This document shows positions 57,805 through 64,000 of a stretch of DNA of 64,000 nt, in pieces. Made by a program: the position numbers and the translations under genes. Positions within the stretch are counted from its first letter, which is position 1, and the number at the start of each line of letters is the position of its first letter. Below the pieces are notes generated by a model, which searched no databases, was not told the DNA's origin, and was given only the letters and a program-made list of their open reading frames with translations. Where the stretch lies: assembly GCA_964016885.1 (NCBI GenBank), contig OZ024757.1:14260001-14324000 (forward strand), read 5' to 3'. The stretch is from Eledone cirrhosa (lineage: Eukaryota).

Positions 57805-58625
57805 GTATATATACCGCATACATATACATGTACACACACACACACATATATATATATACAGCATACATACATGTACACACACACACATATATATATATAT
57901 ACAGCATACATACATGTACACACACACACATATATATATATACAACATACATACATGTACACACACACATATATATATATATACAGCATACATACATGTA
58001 CACACACACACATATATATATACAGCATACATACATGTACACACACACACACACATATATATATATACAGCATACATACATGTACACACACATATATATA
58101 TATATATATACAGCGTACATACATGTACACGCATATATATATACATAACATACATACATGTACACCGACACACATATATGTATATATACAAACACACACA
58201 TATATATACAGCATAAATACATGTACACACACACACATATATACACATAACATACATACATGTACACAGACATACATATATGTATATAAAAACACAGACA
58301 TATATACATAGCATACATATATGTACACACACACATATATATATACATCATCATCATCGTTTAACGTCTATCTTCCACGCTAGCATGGGTTAGACGGGAA
58401 TTGTCCCACACAGCATACTTACATGTACACATACATATATATATACACTCACATATATATATATACACAGCATGCTTATATGTACACACACATATATATA
58501 TATATATATACACACACACACCTATATATACACAGCATACATACATGTACACACACCTATATACATACATATATTTATTATGATATACACACATATACCA
58601 ATTATATATTAAACTACAGACACAC

Positions 58626-58674
<49 letters not shown>

Positions 58675-58690
58675 CAAATATATATATGTG
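57805..58690. repeat. Compound CA/TA minisatellite (ACAGCATACATACATGTACACAC...)
   Basis: Direct reading. Confidence 0.9.
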
Positions 58691-58989
58691 TATATACACT
58701 GATTCCAAAGAGATATAGGTGTGTAAATGATATATACAGCTTACCAGACCAGTTACAACCCCGTCAATCCTCCAGCCCCTAACTACGGTCTCCCATCCTT
58801 CTTTAGGACCAGAGGAGGTGGCGGCAGTGACTGTGGGTTAAGCTGTAGGGGTGAGGGCGGGGACATGTTTATTTAATCAATCATCTTGTATTTATTTATA
58901 GTTGTCTTGTATTTGTTTATAGTTGTCTTGTTTGTTTATTGTTTCTTTACATTCTGCAGTGGGTGGCTTCTTTCCGAGCTTTTCTTTTA

Positions 58990-59110
58990 TTATCGGTAAA
59001 TGGTTGGACGCCTTGCTTTGCAGCATAGTGTTACGTCCTTTTACGGTCTGAGTTCAAATCCCACCGAGGTTAACTTTGCCTTTCATCCTTACGCGGTCGA
59101 TAAAAAAAAA
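58990..59110 (+). mobile_element. tRNA-derived SINE fragment
   Basis: GAGTTCAAATCCCACCGAGGTTAACTTTGCCTTTCATCC. Confidence 0.7.
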
Positions 59111-59137
59111 GTATATGTGTATATATATTTTTTTTAA

Positions 59138-59170
<33 letters not shown>

Positions 59171-59454
59171 TCTATATCCAAAATTAAGATAAATCAAATG
59201 AATTTAATCTAAATCAAAATTATGGGTGTCATGCCAGAAAGACATGCGCCATATCACCCGCAAAATAAGCTCTAAGATTCTAACGAGTAGGTCCGAGCAT
59301 TTTATAATAACTAAGAAATTGTGATTATTCATGTTTATTTATATGTTAATCAATTTCTAGTTATTATATGTATATATATATTTTTTTTTTATCGATTTAT
59401 ATATATATATACACATATATAAACATATATATATATACACATTTTCATACATAC

Positions 59455-60340
59455 ATACCTTTTTATCATCGTAGTGGGCTATTGTATGCGCCTTGCACTG
59501 GAGAAACACCAGGACTCTGGCTTTACTGTAGCACCGGCTCAGAGCAGGAGAGTTAAGGAGAAAAAGATATCAGATGCTGAATTTGCCGACGACATAGTTT
59601 TGGTGACAAATACAGTGAAGGAGGCAGAGGATTTGATGCAGGAGGTTGAGACTGTGTCGATGAGTGTGGGGCTGAGAATGAATGAGACTAAAACAAAATA
59701 TCTGGTAGAGAATGTTGAGAAGCCAGAGGAGATTACTAATGTAGGCAGGAAGCTGCTGGAATTAGTTGAGAACTTCCTGTATTTGGGAGCAAAGATTGGG
59801 AATACGGAAGATGATGCGGTTGAGAGGAAGAGTAAAGCCTGGTTGGCGTGCCACAGATTGAGATCGGTGTGGAAGTCGGACCTTCGTAAAGACCTGAAAA
59901 TCCGCCTCTTCATTGATGTAGTGAAGTCTGTGCTGCTGTATGGGTCTGAGACTTGGACACTGACCAAGAATCTCACTCAGATGGTGGATGGGTGCTACAC
60001 GAGAATGCTGAGGATGGCTCTGAACATTAATCAATATACACTGAAGATGAAAAACTCAGAGCTGTACGGGAGCCTCCCAAAAGTCAGCTCAAAAGTGACA
60101 CAAAGGAGACTGGGGTTAACTGGACATGCTCACCGACATCCAGAGTTGACATTGCACTCAGTGCTCCTGTGGGAGCCCCTACATGGACACACTGGAAGAG
60201 GATGACCAAGGTTAACGTATGTTGATGCCCTAAGGACAGACACTGGTCTGTTGGAGACGCAGGACATGGCAGCGATAATGAGGGACAGAGACCGCTGGAG
60301 AGAACTCGTCCATGGATCTCGGGAATTTTACCCGCCCTAG
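59455..60340 (+). pseudogene. 5'-truncated copy of the 14.9-18k RTE family (RT C-terminus)
   Basis: EFADDIVLV...FLYLG...LLYGSETW near-identical to the 902-aa ORF; premature TGA at 60203-60205. Confidence 0.9.
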
Positions 60341-60771
60341 AATACATACACATATATTTATATATATATACACATATATATATAGTATATTTAAAATTTC
60401 ATACACTTATCATCTATGCGCAACCTTTGGTTTCGGGGTCCAGTTATGGCCGCCACTGTCTAGGATTGGCTAGTCCCTCATTTTCGTTAATTAATTTTAT
60501 TAATTTCTATTGCAAAAATTATATCATCAAATAGAAATTTGTTTAATAAACTTTATACCATAACAATTATACTAAATAAAAATTTTCACTGCCAAAATAC
60601 GAAAACTTGACTGGAAATGTGTGGCTAACTTTGAAAGAAAGCACGTGTTGTAATGAAGACCGGGAAATTTGACGGCCACGTAATTATTTCATAATTGAAA
60701 CTTTATTTTCTATATTATATTAACTACTTCAACGTCCATAAGTAATTTATTTAACCAATATGATTTACAAA

Positions 60772-60835
<64 letters not shown>

Positions 60836-61254
60836 TAGAGATAAATTAGTTATAGAAATAAGGAAAGGAAAAAAATACAAACAAAATGTGAGAAGACAGA
60901 CACACCTCCAATTACACATTACAACAGAAAATATTGGTGTTTCCTTCTAAATATTTTTAATGGCAAGCCAAAACATTCACGCAATTGTCGCAGGTAATAA
61001 TGAAGCTAAGGTTCTGTAATATTCAGGTATATTTATTAGTATTGTGTAATATTTTACCTCATTTATTATTATTGTGTAATATTTTAGTAAAACGAGCCAC
61101 CAACAACGATAGAACTTCGTTGTCAGCCACCGCAACGACCATAAACTTCTTGAATGTGAGTTAATGTGATTTATTTTTTCCCTTCTCTTATATAGTGGCA
61201 TTTGTCTAGGGTCTTTGATAACATTTATTTAATTTTTTTCTTTATTTATAGTGT

Positions 61255-61442
61255 GTTTTGGTGGGTGGTGCCGAGTGTAATATTATTTTTCTCGTAGTCC
61301 AGTATAGTTACGTCCCTTTACGGTCTGAGTTCAAATTCCGTCGAGGTTAACTTTGCCTTTCATCCTTACGGGGCCGATAAAATAAAGTACCAGTAATTAA
61401 CTGAGTAATTGCTGGCCTTGTGCCAAAAGTAGAAACGATTAT
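61255..61442 (+). mobile_element. tRNA-derived SINE
   Basis: GAGTTCAAATTCCGTCGAGGTTAACTTTGCC...GTGCCAAAAGTAGAAACGATTATT. Confidence 0.75.
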
Positions 61443-61829
61443 TTTTCTCATAGTAATTCATTTTTCGGTCTCTGTCATGTCAGACTAACGAAGTTGACTT
61501 TCTGTTCATAGATATTCCAGCTGTGACGATCTCGTGTTGTTTAGTGTTGCTGGCATTTTATATCTAGAATTACATTTTGTAATACATTAGTATTTAACAG
61601 AATATAGAGTAGAGTGTAAATTGAGGGCGATATAGCTGCTATGTTTATCAGTGAAATTCTACCACTTCGCTGGCACCATATGTACAGTTGTGTAGCTGCA
61701 CTTCATAGCTGTATTTGTTTAACACTCGTTAAGAGACAAATGTAAACGAAACACGGTTATTTTTACAATTACACACATCTCGTTTGTTTTTTGTCACTCA
61801 CCACCCTGTCAAATCACACCACACTTGTC

Positions 61830-62285
61830 ATAACTTCGCTTTCGAGACTTTTGGGGGAGTCGGGCTGCTGACTGCGAATTTCCTCTCTTTATTGGTGGCT
61901 CGCCTAATAGAGGTAACTGGCGAATCTTGCGAGGGCGCTTGGTTGTTCCAGCGCATCAGCCTCACCATCACCAGAGGCAACACCCGAGGCAACGCTCATT
62001 AGAGAGGTTGCCCTGTACTCCTCGCGACGCTGCGTTCTTTTGCTCTGGTGTTGGCCCGGTTGTTCACCCCTTCCTTTACAATTGTAACATTAAAGGAATA
62101 TATCCTTCTGAAAGAATCGCGAGCAATTTATAATGTTATTTAAGCATTTGTAATGTTATTTATGTATATATTTAAAACATATTTGTTATGTCGTTCTACT
62201 CTAAATTTATTTATATGCTTTGTATATATCATGTGTGTTTATATTTTCACTCCCATTTGTAACGTTATTTAATAAAATCTAAACA
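61830..62285 (+). mobile_element. CRE-like RLE non-LTR retrotransposon 3' end
   Basis: FAFETFGGVG...FL...TGE......QRISLTITRGN resembles the RLE C-terminus of CRE-type elements; AT-rich 3' UTR with AATAAA at 62271. Confidence 0.6.
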
Positions 62286-62429
62286 TTTCCCTTCTATCGC
62301 TCCCACTGTTTGTTCATCTTTTGGGACAAGGACCAGAAACCTATCAAGCGTTGGTGTCACGAAAATTCACCTGGTACTCCCTTCAAGGTGGTTGGCAACA
62401 GGAAGGGCACTTATGAAAACCATGCTTAA

Positions 62430-64000
62430 AAACACATTTTTAACGTATCTGGCCTAATGGATCCCTATCTCGACAGTAATACAGTAACATTATACCTTGA
62501 GATGGATGAGTCAAACCAACTGAACACAGAAAAAATAGAATGTATTAAGGAAGTGTTCACTGAGGGGCCTTATGCTGCTTTCACCAAACTAGGCAAAGTG
62601 CGATGGACGGGTGAGCAGGTGGATGCACTTGCAGCAGAAATATGGCAGTTGGCTACGCTAACTGAGTTGATATAGGAAAACCTTTAAAGGGTTGTGCAGA
62701 TGCCGTTCGTGAACAGTTTCCCCAATGAGATTTCACTGAAGCTCCAACAGAAAAATGACCCTGTTAATGACCGAGTTAATCCCACACGCCCATGTAGTGA
62801 CATAAGGCGATGAATGGAATGTTGCAGCGACAGAATCTCATGGCAGTCGACAGCAATCAATGAGGGGAGAAGAGCCCCTGTGAACATTCAACAGCAGGCG
62901 CTCAGAGGCCAGTGCTTGAGGTGTGAGGGTCCACACATGGCAAGGGACTGCAGAGAGCGTAAGCCAGATATAATTTGTTGCCGATGCAAGCCACTTAGGA
63001 AGGTTGAGGTTAACCACCAGAGGCAATGGAGGGAGGAGTTGCACTGGGACTGAAGCTGCAAAGAAACAAGATGGGCACACTGATATTTTGGAGAGGAAAT
63101 GAAGTCCCAGAACTGGACAGATGAGAACTTTTCTCAATGTGTGGGAAATATCTAATCGCAGGGTGGCTCTGAACAGCATGCAGCTATTTCAAGAGACGAG
63201 CAGAAGGGACAGTGGCCATTATGCGGGACATTGTGGATGGGTAAAGGCAGATGACCGAGTAATAGGAAGCTGATAGAGCGGAGAACAGGAGCTTATAGTG
63301 TGATGCCAGCAGCATAGCGTTAGGGGTTACTCTGGAAATAGGGGGTGTCGAGATCGAGGACACAGCCTGGCTCAGGAAGGAGGACTCTAATCACATCAAC
63401 GCCCTGAGATGGAGGGGCTATGCACCATAGAGATTCGTACTGATCCAGCCACTGTACTCGGATGGGTGAGATCAGTTCTCACAAATGAGAAGAGGGTGTG
63501 AATGAGAGGGGCGGCAGAAATGTTAATAAAGCGCCATCTGGGGACTGTGGGAGAGTTGGCTGCTGAGTTATACCTGAAGTTGCAAGTGGTCTTTGTAACC
63601 TTTGAGAAAAATAGAGTGGGCATCTTAACCAGGGTGAACAACCCCCAGAGGATGGGGAAAAAGCTAAGTGACTCGGTGTTGAGGAGGTTGCATACCATGG
63701 AAGTATATAGGACCTTATTCCTAGCCAGGAAAGTCGACTCCGATGTTAGCAGACTGAATGTGCAGGAGTTGTAACAGATGCCAGTCTATTGACCCCACCC
63801 CAGGCATGCACCAGACAGGTAACATCCCAGTGGAGCACACCTGGAAACAATTGGCAGTGGATGTAACATACTAGCAACAAGGGACGTATCTGCAGACCAG
63901 GACAGATGGCAAATTGGAGGGATTAGAAAACAGGGACTGTGGAGGAAATCACACGGACGCTGAGAGATATTCTTGCAGCAGGGCCCTGTGGATGAACTTG
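62430..64000 (+). pseudogene. Decayed Gypsy-like LTR retrotransposon (gag and integrase remnants)
   Basis: WTGEQVD..A.EI..LA and CLRCEGPHMARDC knuckle (gag); RTLFLARKV...C..CQSIDP..WKQLAVDVT (integrase); many stops and frameshifts. Confidence 0.7.

Noticed and set aside
60415-60485. HHR-like 3' half on the minus strand (GAAACCAAAGGTT)
   Set aside because: The 5' core and stem I are missing; at most a remnant.

Overview
Repeat-dense, AT-rich animal genomic DNA. The repeat content suggests a cephalopod such as Octopus (inference). No host gene could be identified, and most ORFs in the track are artefacts of (TA)n, (CA)n, trinucleotide and satellite repeats. Real coding remnants are all retroelements: a Penelope-like RT/GIY-YIG element with an inverted 5' copy; a near-intact RTE LINE (one in-frame stop) and two RTE fragments; three Tx1/L1 3' ends in (GATA)-type tracts; an R4/Dong-like RLE element in (TATG)n; a CRE-like 3' end; and a decayed Gypsy. 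SINEs, MITEs and two large satellites are also present. The main signal is about 26 type I hammerhead ribozyme (HHR) motifs read by eye, from more than 10 sequence families. Most lie in ORF-less units beside or within (TA)n tracts. Five families form 310-670 bp units in partial tandems, and many loci have inverted copies (retrozyme / non-autonomous Penelope architecture). Three loci carry the compensatory U3-A8 core. Coordinates and base pairings were read manually and may be off by a few bases.
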